A stretch of 57,141 nt of DNA, filler included, from Sphacelaria rigidula (Eukaryota): assembly GCA_964200075.2 (NCBI GenBank). It is 7 parts of 7 records of this genome, joined end to end, with 100 filler letters (N's around TTAATTAATTAA, not from the genome) between each part and the next. Parts side by side here need not be neighbours in the genome. Positions count along the whole stretch, not along the records: positions 40,888 to 48,964 come from CAXNAA020012385.1; positions 49,065 to 57,141 come from CAXNAA020012386.1; 5 more parts are not named here. One strand, 5' to 3'. The stretch's first letter is position 1. Each line of letters starts with the position of its first letter. The translations under genes and the position numbers were made by a program. The notes beneath the pieces are model-generated. The model searched no databases, was not told the DNA's origin, and worked only from the letters and a program-made list of their open reading frames with translations. Of the stretch, positions 45,701 through 57,141 are shown one piece after another.

Positions 45701-47899
45701 TTATCTCCGCTTCGGCTTATTAGACCGTGTCTTATCAATTTGTTTTACTCGAATGTGCTTGTACCCGATACGTACCTGATACGTCCACGGCATTCATGTT
45801 CTCAACCATCTGAAAAAATTAGTAGCGTGGACGAATCAGAAACGAGCGATTTCGATTCGACCGCACGTTTTCGACACAACAACTTGACAAGACACGGCCG
45901 TATCTGGGTGCATATGTGAATCCGGAAACTCGGGGATCCGGAAATACTGTTGAGATATGGCTGGGTAACGAAATCGCCAACCCTTTGACGGCGAGGGTAG
46001 GTCACCTATTATACTGAATCGGCATCAATTTCTCTCGAAAGAAATCTGGGATCCAGATGGACTACCCGCATCGTGTAAAGGTTGGTACGATCAGTACGGA
46101 GTGATCTATGAGGAACAACCGGTTGTCGGGGGTCCCACCACTACTCAAGCCCAGTTGTTGATGATTGAATATTCCCCGTATTACCCCGATAACATAAAAC
46201 AGGAAAACCATTCGATTACATTTTGAACCACGTACGGTACGTGTTTTCCTTGGCGAAAAATTTCCGATTCTGAAATAAATTTGAAAAATATTCCCATGAA
46301 AATAAAGATGCGATCAAAGATGCGGTCAAGGATGCGGTCTGTGTGATTTCCTTACTATTCAGGTGCATCCCCTACCCTTCACTAGCAAGATGTCTGTCGG
46401 TACGCACAAAAGATCCTCGCGAACATGGTGTAGTCGTCGCCTATCGTGCATCATGTGGCCGTTTCCAGTTTTGCGTACAGACGGCTACGAAACCCTTGTA
46501 CTGCGAGAGTAGGTCATCTGTTGAATCGGCATCAATTCCATTTGAAAAAAGTATCCATGATTCAGATGGACTACCCTCGCAGTCCAAGGGCTAACTCCTT
46601 TCGTCAGGGCGGATCATCCGTTGAATCACAGCACCATTTCGCGTCAAAAACACAGCTGGGAAAAAACAGATCGCTTAGCCCCTACAGTCAAAGATTCACT
46701 TTTAATTTTTCACCCGCCAATCTTTTTTGTCGGAGTCAATCTGTCATGAAAAATTGCGGAAATGAAGAAGCTGCTGCTGCGTGTGCCCTGAACAATATCC
46801 CAACCCGGTCTACTTGATTGTCATGGCATCAATTGAAGACAGACCCTGGTATAGCGGGCAGACCTTATCCTTAGCCGGGGCTCTGGGTACACGAACAACT
46901 AACTTCCTTACTCTATAGGGTTTCATGGGATGGAAGTGCGGCAAGTGTCATGGATAGGAGTTAGACGCATCCTGCTGGAAGACGAGTCTGGGACGGCTTG
47001 TGGACCAGGCGAGGGTTGGGCGGACGGCCCCGCTTACGCAGTAATAAGCATGACAATATGTGATCCGGACAGGGATGAACAATGACAACCGTCCAAGACG
47101 GACGAGTCCTTCGATTTTCGTAGTTGGGTGTGTTTGGATATGAAAAGAGATGGTGATCACAGCACCCCCCCCCCCCCCCCCTAGCTAAGTTACCGTGGTG
47201 TTGCCTAGTCACTCCGCTGAAGCTAAAATAATTAAGATCGTATCGAGACGGATCTGAGGTGCATGGATATCTCTCAAGATGAACCGATTTTAATTGCACT
47301 ACTCGTGATCCACACGTCTATCGATTTTGAGGTGCATGGGTGCAGAGTGTTGTACCAAATCGTTGACTCTGTGCCCGTACAGGGATGTCGGGGTACACTT
47401 ACTGAATCAAATCATTTTTACTTGAAGAAAAACTCAAGGACTCGGGTGTCCATCCGTGGGCGGTGAGAGCTGAGAAGCCTGGCTCATACGATATCATATC
47501 ACAAGTGCGCAGCTACAGCGGAAGAATAAATGCTACACCGTGACGTTCCCCAATCGTCTTTTTTGAAGAGCAGACCCGACTTGCAATGCACGATCTTTAC
47601 GAAGTAAAATGTGTGGAGGGAATTTTCATATTTCGGACGAACCACAAACCCAAACCTGCGAGGTTTTGAAAGTTGGGTATTTGCGGGACAACACGCTTAT
47701 TATTTTTGTGAAAATACGTTCACCTCAGCCTGGTCAAGTTTCAGGGTTGACATATATATTGATATTTTTCACCCTAGCTCCAAGGAGAACCTCAGGGCCT
47801 GTCTTGACACATCAGTTTTCGATCGAAATTGTGCGATGGAAAGCAAAAATCCCGATCTGACAGGTCATTATTTCAACCATCGTCGATGGGTGAAATTAC

Positions 47900-48395
47900 G
47901 GTCTATCAGACCGGATGGTATGGCACACAGATTTTTGGCCCACGGATTGTTCACTTTGGGGACGTTTGACCCCCCTTTTAACCCCGAACAGGGAAAATCG
48001 CCAACACACGTCTTGGACACTTCGCATCACCCCACAGAGAGGATCCTAGCCCACTTTTTAGATTCGCTTGGCTCCGAGGGTTCGTGATTGGCCGCTGAAC
48101 AAAAAATCGTGTGCAAAAATCTGTGCTTGCCGACCCCCGCCAATTTGCCCAATAATCTGTGGAGATCACCGTAGGTTTTGTTCCACACGGATTTTTGTCC
48201 AGCGGCCAATTTCGAAACCTTGGAGCCAAGCGAATCTGACAAGTGGGCTAGTCTCCTCTCTGTGGGGCCATGCAAAGTGTCCAAGACGTTTGTTGGCGAT
48301 TTTCCCTGGTTGGGGGTCAAAAAGTGGCTCAAACGCCGTGAAAGTGAACAATTCGTGGATCAAAAATCTGTGCCATGATATCTGGCCTCAGGCCG
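47900..48395. mobile_element. Foldback/MITE-like long inverted repeat (arms about 220 bp, spacer about 45 bp)
   Basis: 47920 TGGCACACAGATTTTTG...GGGAAAATCGCCAACACACGTCTTGGACACTT...CTAGCCCACTT...GATTCGCTTGGCTCC...ATTGGCCGCTG is the reverse complement of CAGCGGCCAAT...GGAGCCAAGCGAATC...AAGTGGGCTAG...AAGTGTCCAAGACGTTTGTTGGCGATTTTCCC...CAAAAATCTGTGCCA (48200-48376). The + and - ORFs here are similar to each other. Confidence 0.85.
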
Positions 48396-49064
48396 GATGT
48401 TATTGCAACATATCTTTGACCCACAGATTTAGGAATCCTGGTGGAACAAATCCGCAGCAAGTTTGGTTTCGGGAACGATGTTATGGCAGCACTCAGATTT
48501 TCATACCATACTGTTCTGATTTGTGTACCTCCACCAGGGTTTCGCGTTTTATATTTGGCGTGTTTCAACAGTTCACAGTCCCGTAGATGTCTCGTGTGCT
48601 GTGGCGTGCTGTAGTAATGTAGCGTCACTGCCGCAGAGAGGTCATCACCACCCCACTAACACCAGTGCCGGTTCTTTCGAGCACATAAGTAAGCGACCAT
48701 GCCCCCCTCGTTCTTGCTAAAGTTGAATCCTTCATCGAAGGATCGCAGAACTACTCGCCAGACAGCGACAGTGCGCATCACATGTCTACTCTCTCAACGT
48801 CTCTGCAATGGTTTTGCCAGGAGACCGACGAGCAAGGCGTGTCGTTTTTTGTCTCGTACGCGCGAAGCGGGCTCCATGGCGTGTCGGCTGCGGTGTGTGG
48901 TTTACTTCGTGTGTTATTGGTTGTTGTCGACAGGATCACTCACAAAGGTGCAGCCAGCACGCCANNNNNNNNNNNNNNNNNNNNNNNNNNNNNNNNNNNN
49001 NNNNNNNNTTAATTAATTAANNNNNNNNNNNNNNNNNNNNNNNNNNNNNNNNNNNNNNNNNNNN

Positions 49065-49139
49065 GCTCCGGGAATCGAACCCCCCAACTCAACCATCAGA
49101 AGGTTACGAGGTTACCAACTGAGCCACCGGGGCGACCGG
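49065..49139 (-). mobile_element. tRNA-derived SINE 5' head (truncated by contig start)
   Basis: Minus strand GCCCCGGTGGCTCAGTTGGTAACCTCGTAACCTTCTGATGG...GGGGTTCGATTCCCGGAGC has a canonical Pol III A box (TGGCTCAGTTGG) and B box (GGTTCGATTCC), without a regular anticodon arm. Confidence 0.65.
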
Positions 49140-52100
49140 TCCTGTCATGCAGAGATGAAAATCATGTCATCGATGGTCACTATTGACAGTAGATTTTTGT
49201 CAAGTGGAGACGTGAGCGAGCCGAGAGCTCGGCGCCACTGAGAGCGGAAGTCTGGTCGTCGATGGCAATTGGGAGCACAGGGGTGTCACAGTCGGTCAGC
49301 TATGGTGGACACGGGTCTGCGCCGTGTGAGCATCCTGACTTCTCAAAACATCGATATAGCTGGCTTGATCGAAACGGAAGATGCATCGGATACAGTACCT
49401 CGCACCGGCCAAGATGATCGACGAATGCCCGCCGTCATCAGCCACGCAATAATCGCTCTAAGATTTCTTGTTTGCATGCGCGCGTTGGCATGCGCGAGAC
49501 AGGGATCCCGCTTTCCATTGCAAGCATGTTTTTGACGACCTCTATTCTACCTCCCGGAGGAAGGTAGCATGATGTACATGTGCACGCGTATCGTCGCTTG
49601 GTGTGGTGTCCGTGATAACATGAGATATTAGATGCACTCTTTGCCCCCTGGGCGCCAACCCCTCAGATAGACAGATTCAAGACGGAGCGTTAGAAACATG
49701 TGAGACAGCTGATTTGCTGATTTAGTCAAATATTTACATGATGAGTAACCGGTTACGGTCCACCCGCATGCTGTCATCGGGAGAGTGGTGCTCGCAGACA
49801 GAAAGGAACCCCTCAGCCATAGCGTCGGGCTTACCTGGGGTTGTGAACCAGCCGATGATTACTTTGAGATTTCGAGAAGGAGAGGCTCAGCGCCGAGGGG
49901 CTGAAGTAAGATTGGACGAACAAGGAAACCCTACGCAATTCACTATTTCGCTTGCCACTTGACTCACCGTTCACCAACGGTTGGTCGTCGATAGGATTAA
50001 CGTTGTCGTCCTAGTGGTGCCTTGGCCCCGACTGTTTTAGAAAGGACGCAGCCTCTTTCTACGATGCAAGTCGTGGGGTCTGTGTCAGTGAAAAGCGAAG
50101 GAGACCCACACTGTATGGGCGCTGTGACTGTGCCCATGTGGGGTGGCGTGTTCCTTGGAGTTGATAATACATCCTTAAGGGATGCTGCTGCGGGATGATG
50201 TTGAACTGCAGTTGTCATGCACTGACTTTGCCTGACTGTGCGTCGCGAGTGGTATCTCGTCTCATGGCAGTTACATACTTCTCGGAATATTGAAAAGTGT
50301 TGGTTGATCCACGCAGATCGTGTGTTCCGAGAACGGTTTTTGGTACGTCACTGGCTTGAGCGTTTCTGGGCGTGTTGCCATGTGCGTCTTGCGTCCACTC
50401 TTCTCTAGCAAAGCGATAATGTTACGACGCCATAATCACAATCGATAACAATGCTACCTTCTATCCAACCCTGATCGGCTATCAGCAATGTCCTCTGATC
50501 GACTATCACAGTCGTGCTCGTTGAAGTAATGCGCGGGAATATGAAACAAGAAACACGGCGTGCGCGGGTGAAGTGAAAGGATTAATAGGGGGAAGTACGT
50601 GATTGAGATACTGCTTGAATGGCAGTTGCGGCTAGAAGGCGAAACATTATCGTATACTGTATTTTCCCGCCATCATACCACACATCAGCAGGATCCTTCT
50701 CCTTTCACCTAAATTTGGCTGTAAAACCCAGTACATACCATCTTCCAGTCTTGCGCCAAAAAAAAATACAAGTAAAAACCCAAGATGCCCGCATACAAGA
50801 ATCATACGCACCTCATGTATCTTTCGACGGTTTAGCAGCGTTCAGTACTGTATTTTCAGCACAAATCAAGCGTTACTTTGCTTGTGGATTTCTCCGCCGT
50901 GTCTGTTCAAACCAGCCTGAAACTTGGCACAGAGGTAGACCACAACACAGACAGCATCTTCCCGGATCGGCGGCACGTTTTACGTAGTGCGCCAGACGCA
51001 CGAAGCAAAATACGGATTTTGGGCAATGCCATCGATACGCCCTCAGAACGCAGTCCCCTCGGCCCAGACTGTGTGAGACGTCCGTGGATGCATATGTTGC
51101 TTCGGAGAGTTTCGAATCCCTCGATCGAGAGCAATCGTGCTATGTATACGTTTGTTGAATTGGCATCCGTTTCAACTTGCCTATGTGTCAACTTGCTGTG
51201 CATGATCAATCTAAGGCCGTCTTTGATGAAATTCGATGAAATATCCGACCGGGTAGCGTAGCGAAGGAAGCATGTTTGAAAACTTGACCTCCGGCACCAA
51301 CGGAAGAAATATGATGGCCACGGTACACGCCATTACCCAAGATTTGTGTGCTGCTCCAGCAAGTGTGTCGTTCCGTTACGTGATAAGCCTGTCTCCGACT
51401 GTCGCCGTGCGTGGGCTGTCTGTTGTGGGTCCAGAGGATGTTGGCTATGGGACAGCGGCATAACACGAAAAAACGCCTTGTGGCTTGTGGCCCGATGGGA
51501 TTCTTGTAAAAAATATCAAAATGTCCAACGGAGTGAAAATTCACTTCCCCATGGGAGATGCTAACGGCTACCTTTATTCCGAAGGCGAAACTCACTGCTG
51601 TGCTCTGAGTCGCGAGACCGCGTACAGGTGAGCATGGGTAAGAGAGAGGCCTACGTTCAATCATGGACCCTTCGTTATCTCATATCCGAGTATACTTTCA
51701 CTGCATTCAACGTGCGATTCTTTGGTTTGGAGACATTCACAAGGGAACGCATGGGGAACACCACCCAGCGAGAGCAGTGCAAATACAACAGCGGCCGTTC
51801 AAAGCGAAGGCTCGCTCTCTCTCTTTCTGCGAAGAACCAAACACCTACAACACTCTAAAGGGCTAAAAAATCGCCGAGAAGCGACAGGTGTGCGGCGGAT
51901 TGACTTGCAGGCGCATAAACTATATTACAACCTCTTCCACTTCAACAAATCCATGGTGGTATGCATCAACATCACAACCCTTCCCCCCCTCCCCCCTCCG
52001 CATTATCCGTGGTGTGAAAACCGCCAGCGCAAATACAAGCAAATAACTACTAGGAGACACGGGGGTTGGAGCCGTGCGAGGGTCAGGCTTGTAGACACCT

Positions 52101-52366
52101 AAGTTACTCCTGAAGTATTATCACACGCTACCATCAACCGCTCCACGCAACCTTATTCTACATACCCGAGTGTCACCAATGACTACATTTAAGGAAACAA
52201 GGATCAACAGGCCTCGGAGGCAGGAATAACACGTGGTTTGGTACATGCTTTTCATATGGGAGTCGACATTCTTCTCATAAATGGATGGCAGACTTGAGAC
52301 ATAAATCTCTGTGGCACGAGTTGCTGCCCGGACAGTATCAAAACCTCCCCCCCTTGTAGTCCACGC

Positions 52367-55300
52367 TTAGTCCGAGCCCCCGCAATGAGCCGGCACGGCA
52401 ATTCCGGAACGCTGCAGGTACCCTGGCAACAGCGCTCCAAGAACAATCGACACCACAGCGATCACGGCACTGACGGCGCCAACGGCGCTCACGCCTTCAA
52501 ACGAGGGCGATCCTCCCCCCCCACTGCTTGCGGTCGCCGACGCTACCCCTGTGCATAGAATCATGGCGTGCAGCATGATCAGAGCGCCCCCTGCTTCGCG
52601 GGCAACCTCGCTGCTCAAAAACTTGAGAATCACGCTCTTGTCCGGTTGAGCGTTTGACGTGTCGTTTGCCGTTGTCAGGAAGGCGCTGTGGTATGCCAGC
52701 CCAAGACACGCCGCACCGTACGTCATCGCGACATACCTGCGAAAAATTGAGCGCATCATGTAGCAGAGATCATGCGGGAGTGATTGCCGTGATATATATA
52801 TTATGGGTTAATATCTCACCAGCGCGTTGGCATAAGTAGCAGGTTTGCGCCCGTATAGCTGTCACCCAACCCAGCCGATCTGTTATACTGGTGCTAGTAG
52901 CACGTTGGAATTTCCGAAGCACTACTCGTGCTGCTCTGCACCCCTGCACAACAATCATCAAGTTCAGATACGCAGTGGCTTGCAGTAAGCTGAAGCCCAC
53001 GAGCAAGGTACTCCGGCCCTCAATCGAAGAATGGGTCTCGGTGGAATCCTTCATATATCCTACGAGTCTTGAGTCGCAAGTTACTCCAGTCAAGCGAGTT
53101 ATACCGACACAGAGAGAATGAATCTAACTCGTGTCACTTGAGTCAGATGGGGAATAAAGGGCGAGTCAGCCTCGAGTCATGCGAGCACCACAGGGTCACG
53201 CAACAAACTCCAAGGCGCCCATCAGCGCATAGTTGATGCATTTATGCCGGCGATTGACGTGTGAATTAACCGTACGAGCTACACGCCAAGGTGCAAAGAA
53301 AACATATATAGTCCTCAGTTTCAGCTTATCAGTTTCTCGATTCGTGTTCGACGAATCTGCTTGAGTTCTGATTACACCGTATAAGGCGCATTCTACGCCA
53401 ACTTCTACATGAAAACAGACACCACTACCACGACGACAATGTAACTACGCCGTACGTTCATAGCTGGACATGGAATCCCACCCAACTGAAAACTGAATGT
53501 AATAGGTGTAGCACCATAAGCCTTAACTAAGGCACAGATGTCTGCAGCTAAGGTGTGACTATCGTGGATTTTACAAGCTACAGTGGGGGCACATGACCCT
53601 CGCCGCATTAATTGTAGACAGCAGGGTTTTTGTGACTCGACCTGTTGGCTTCTCTGTCCGCGTGACTTCATCATGCTGGTCTGTGGTTTCAGTTTAGTGC
53701 AGGGTGATCGAAACTTAAGGGTGTAATGTAGCTGGTAAAAAAACGGCCACACTTCGCAGTACAGTGGTGTGTGTTGCTACCTTAAAAATGTCAATTTTTA
53801 ACGTGGGGCGCCACCTCACGGCGATGGACATCGGCTAGCACCATTACTCCTCCGATAGGTTGGGGACAATCCACTTCAAAGTTGAGACCCGATTGAAAGC
53901 CATCAATTTTTTCACGCACTATTTATAATAACCCCGTCAAGTTGACGGGGCACTGTACCGTAAAGGTCGCATCTACCAGTGTTTTGTACCGTAACGTCTA
54001 GCAATTTATTTTCACCTCGTGTTTTCTCCCATCTTGGCTCTACAAGAAATGTTGCTGACTCACATCCCTTCAAAATGCAACCCGCACGCCACGGGCAGAG
54101 AAGAGAATCGAATCAACACTCCACCGGTAATAAAGTTTGGTTTTCCCACAGCAAAAATCTCAAATCCCGGTCCGATCAGCCAATACGCCAATTTCCTTTT
54201 TTTTTTTCTTCTCTCTCACGCACGGTGCAAAACATAAGGGCGACTCTGACTCGAGTCTCCATTGATCCCTTGGGGGCGATGCCGTCTTTCGAAACAATTT
54301 CGACGACTACCCTTCAATGCTGATAACCCCCACTCTACAGCTGAGCAGCTTCTCTCGGATCGCAAACACAACTTCCGATGACGACATGCCACGTAACTCG
54401 TGCCCCCAGCCCGTGATTACTTATATTAAGGTACCGTGATTGATGGCACATCAGTCGCTTGTCACATACTCCCGGTGACACCGTAGACTTAAGATCGATC
54501 CCTGGCATCCGGCGCCTACGGGGAGGAGGATCGTATCGAAAAAATGAGGAGGATTCTGACTCGAGTCGTGCAAATCATCCAAGGCATGAGCCCGTGACAT
54601 ATCGTTTGAATCCCAGACTCCCGGCAACACTCGCAGTCGTCGGACGTGTGGAGTACTTGCAGCCGCTCGCTTTGAGAGATTAACGCATAGAGAGGCTCAT
54701 GAAGGAGGAGAGGGAAACAGGGAGCGGGGTAATGTGGATACTACGCTACGAATGGGGTACACGACCACAGATGTCTGTTGGGGATTCCAAAAAACACCTC
54801 TCTGAATTGGTGACACCGAGATATGATCCTGTATTTCCACTGAACATGAGGTCCCGGGTTCGAATCCGGGCTCCAATTATCGCAACAAAGGAATTAAAAA
54901 AAAAAATGTATACCACTTCTTACGATAACGTTTTTTTCTTTTTTTCTTCTAGTTGAAAGTGTCCATGTCGACCCTTCGGCAGCATTTTTCGGGTTACGTT
55001 CGTGAATCTGCAAGGTTTGTGCGACTTTTTCTTTTTCCAGCCAAAGTTCGCCCTGTGCGCACAAAAACTCGCTCAAAGTTTTCCGGAGCCCTCCCAGATA
55101 GCACACCCAGTCATGCCGTGGCGGTAGTGCCCGTATCCGCCTCGCCATATTATCACGTGTAAAATGCCGCCGGAGAGTCGAAATAGGCTCCTCCGATTAA
55201 AGATTGATTTCGTTCCTATCAGATATAGCCTCAGCAGGCAACAAAAGATTCGCAAAATTTCTGGGGGGCCACAAAACTGGTGGGGCAACAGCAAACAGAG

Positions 55301-55938
55301 TTCACAAACCAACGAACAAATATTGGGCGGGGATTGCTGGTTTCGACATCCAACACACGCAAGAGACAAGTGAAAAACGCAGGGACGAATGCACCCTCAC
55401 TGCTACAGTAGCTGGCGAAAAGGTTAACACCTCCACAGTTCTCTGCTATTGACAGAAACGCACGGACAGGCCCATAAAGGAGAGGGTCGTGATGGGGATA
55501 CTCACAACCCTGCATGAACGAGTCCATGTGTCTGTTGAGCACTCGTCTCCCTTTCACAACCGCGAAACCGGTGAGACGGTCGGTCAAGATCAAACCAAAT
55601 AACGGAAGGGCCCACCGTACCATCAAGATTTGATTACTTTAATAAGCATAGTTAGCCTAAGCAATAAGCTCATCTAACTCAAACCTATATGGATAGTATA
55701 AAAACGGTTTTATTGGGCCATCAATAATAAATGATAAATTGCAGTAATCACAAAGAATCCAGCGAGAAGATTATTATAATCTTCAACGATCTCTAAAACC
55801 TATCGTTTTGCTTCAAACTAAAATTTTAGAACGCACATAACGTCGAAAAGTAGGGCAAAATTCTACAATATCCCCGAACTTGAGCGAAAAATAACCAAAT
55901 GTTATTTTTTTACCATTTACAAAAACGAAGTCGCTGTC

Positions 55939-56018
<80 letters not shown>

Positions 56019-56203
56019 CTGCGCAATCGCACGCCTCCCGGTTTACCATGCTGGGCCGATCCCGCCAGCACCGTCCAGCAACATATAAGCGCCCCGAGTG
56101 TGTAGGCCGTAGACCACAACATCCAATCCGGGTCGTTGAGGTTGAGGTACGCGGCGAACAGGAAAAAACACCCGAGGACGAATATAGGGGTGACTTGCGA
56201 CAT
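52367..56203 (-). CDS. TMEM220: TMEM220-family membrane protein
   Basis: Exon 1 56203-56047: MSQVTPIFVLGCFFLFAAYLNLNDPDWMLWSTAY (the TMEM220 'AA.VN.NDPD...W...Y' motif). Last exon 52736-52367 contains SEVAREAGGALI (cf. 'EEGRE..GL.I') and further hydrophobic helices. Probable internal exon about 55550-55506. The phases imply another exon or splice site that I could not resolve. Confidence 0.7.
54856..54870 (+). other. Isolated Pol III B-box-like motif (possible SINE/tRNA relic) in a TMEM220 intron
   Basis: GGTCCCGGGTTCGAATCCGGG followed about 25 bp later by an A tract; no clear A box. Confidence 0.35.
55944..56014. repeat. (CA)n microsatellite in the first intron of the TMEM220 gene
   Basis: About 35 CA units. 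Confidence 0.95.
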
Positions 56204-57105
56204 ATTCTCCCCGAAGAGAGCTCTGCGGCAACACCCGAGGACGGACGAGAAAAAATCGGTGCAGCGGGCAAGGCGAGCTGAATTGTGTGTGTCGGCTAGG
56301 CTATGACTCCATCTGCGGCCGCAGAAAAAGCAGAATTTCTGAGTTTTGCACAAAAAATGGCCGCGAAAAAAACAGCAGGAAAACCGAAATATGTCGCAGA
56401 TTTTCAGATCATACAGATTGTAAAGAGGATTGAGCATAATTGGGATTGCCTGGCCGGACTTCCAATAGGACAGCGCAGACTTGCGATTTCCCCGGGCAAA
56501 AAACCTGCAGACAGACAGACGGCCTCCTCCTTTCAGGGCCCCACAAGTACAGTACACGTTCATGTCTCACGTTTTACGTCAAAAGTTAAGCCAGGCTAGT
56601 ACTACGGTGGGGGATGAGGACCACGTGGGGAGCTCTGTTCAAAAGTCAACTCAAATCAGATCCCCCACGTTGTCCCCCACCGTATTACTAGCCTAGCTTA
56701 ACTTTTAAATTTGAATCTGAACGTGCAACGTGTAGGATAGGCGTCGGGCTTTGCGTATATAGCACGAGTTTCAGAGGAAATTAGAAGGGTCGTGTCGTAG
56801 GGAATGAAGTAGCAGCGATACACACATGCATGAAAATGCATGTTACGGTCTGTCTTGGATTTGCTTTGCATCACATTTGATATTCATGATAATAACAACA
56901 AATATTCCACGTTCATGAGAGGAGTAAATGGTATAAGACTAGAAACACAACACATGTCAAAAGTGCCGCCGAGAAATATATGCGAAATATGATATACGCC
57001 AAAGAGATGTGCGGTAGGGTCGCATTTCTCAACGTAACGGACCGAAAGAAATTCAGGGGCCGACAACAACTTGGGCCGAAAAAAAAAAGGGGGGGGGGGG
57101 GGGGG

Positions 57106-57141
<36 letters not shown>

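Noticed and set aside
8079-49064. Regular 8,177-bp periodicity of TTAATTAATTAA flanked by N
   Set aside because: Artificial concatenation linker; not biological, and no gene-neighbourhood inference can cross it.

Overview
This window is not one locus. It is seven unrelated contigs of 8,077-8,078 bp (1-8078, 8179-16256, 16357-24433, 24534-32610, 32711-40787, 40888-48964, 49065-57141), joined by artificial 100-bp N44-TTAATTAATTAA-N44 linkers, so adjacency across linkers means nothing. The DNA is eukaryotic: GT-AG introns, (CA)n microsatellites and GC-rich exons. Its style suggests a brown alga or other stramenopile, which is inference only. Most of it is decayed mobile DNA: a pogo/Tigger-like transposase fragment, a LINE fragment, two Ty3/Gypsy relics, an AcademX-like transposase 3' end, tRNA-derived SINE heads and a foldback element. 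There are also two host genes: a lipocalin fused to a Cys-rich domain, and a TMEM220-family gene. The best candidate for an undescribed system is contig 3. It holds a compact 7-exon minus-strand gene of about 1,800 codons whose splice phases are all consistent. It encodes an OTU-like cysteine protease, an internal ubiquitin-like LRGG motif, a PHD finger and a tyrosine recombinase, and it lies tail-to-tail with a second short-intron gene. This looks like a Crypton-like tyrosine-recombinase mobile element with chromatin-reading and deubiquitinase modules, and this copy appears inactivated. All domain calls are by-eye motif recognition; no searches were run.
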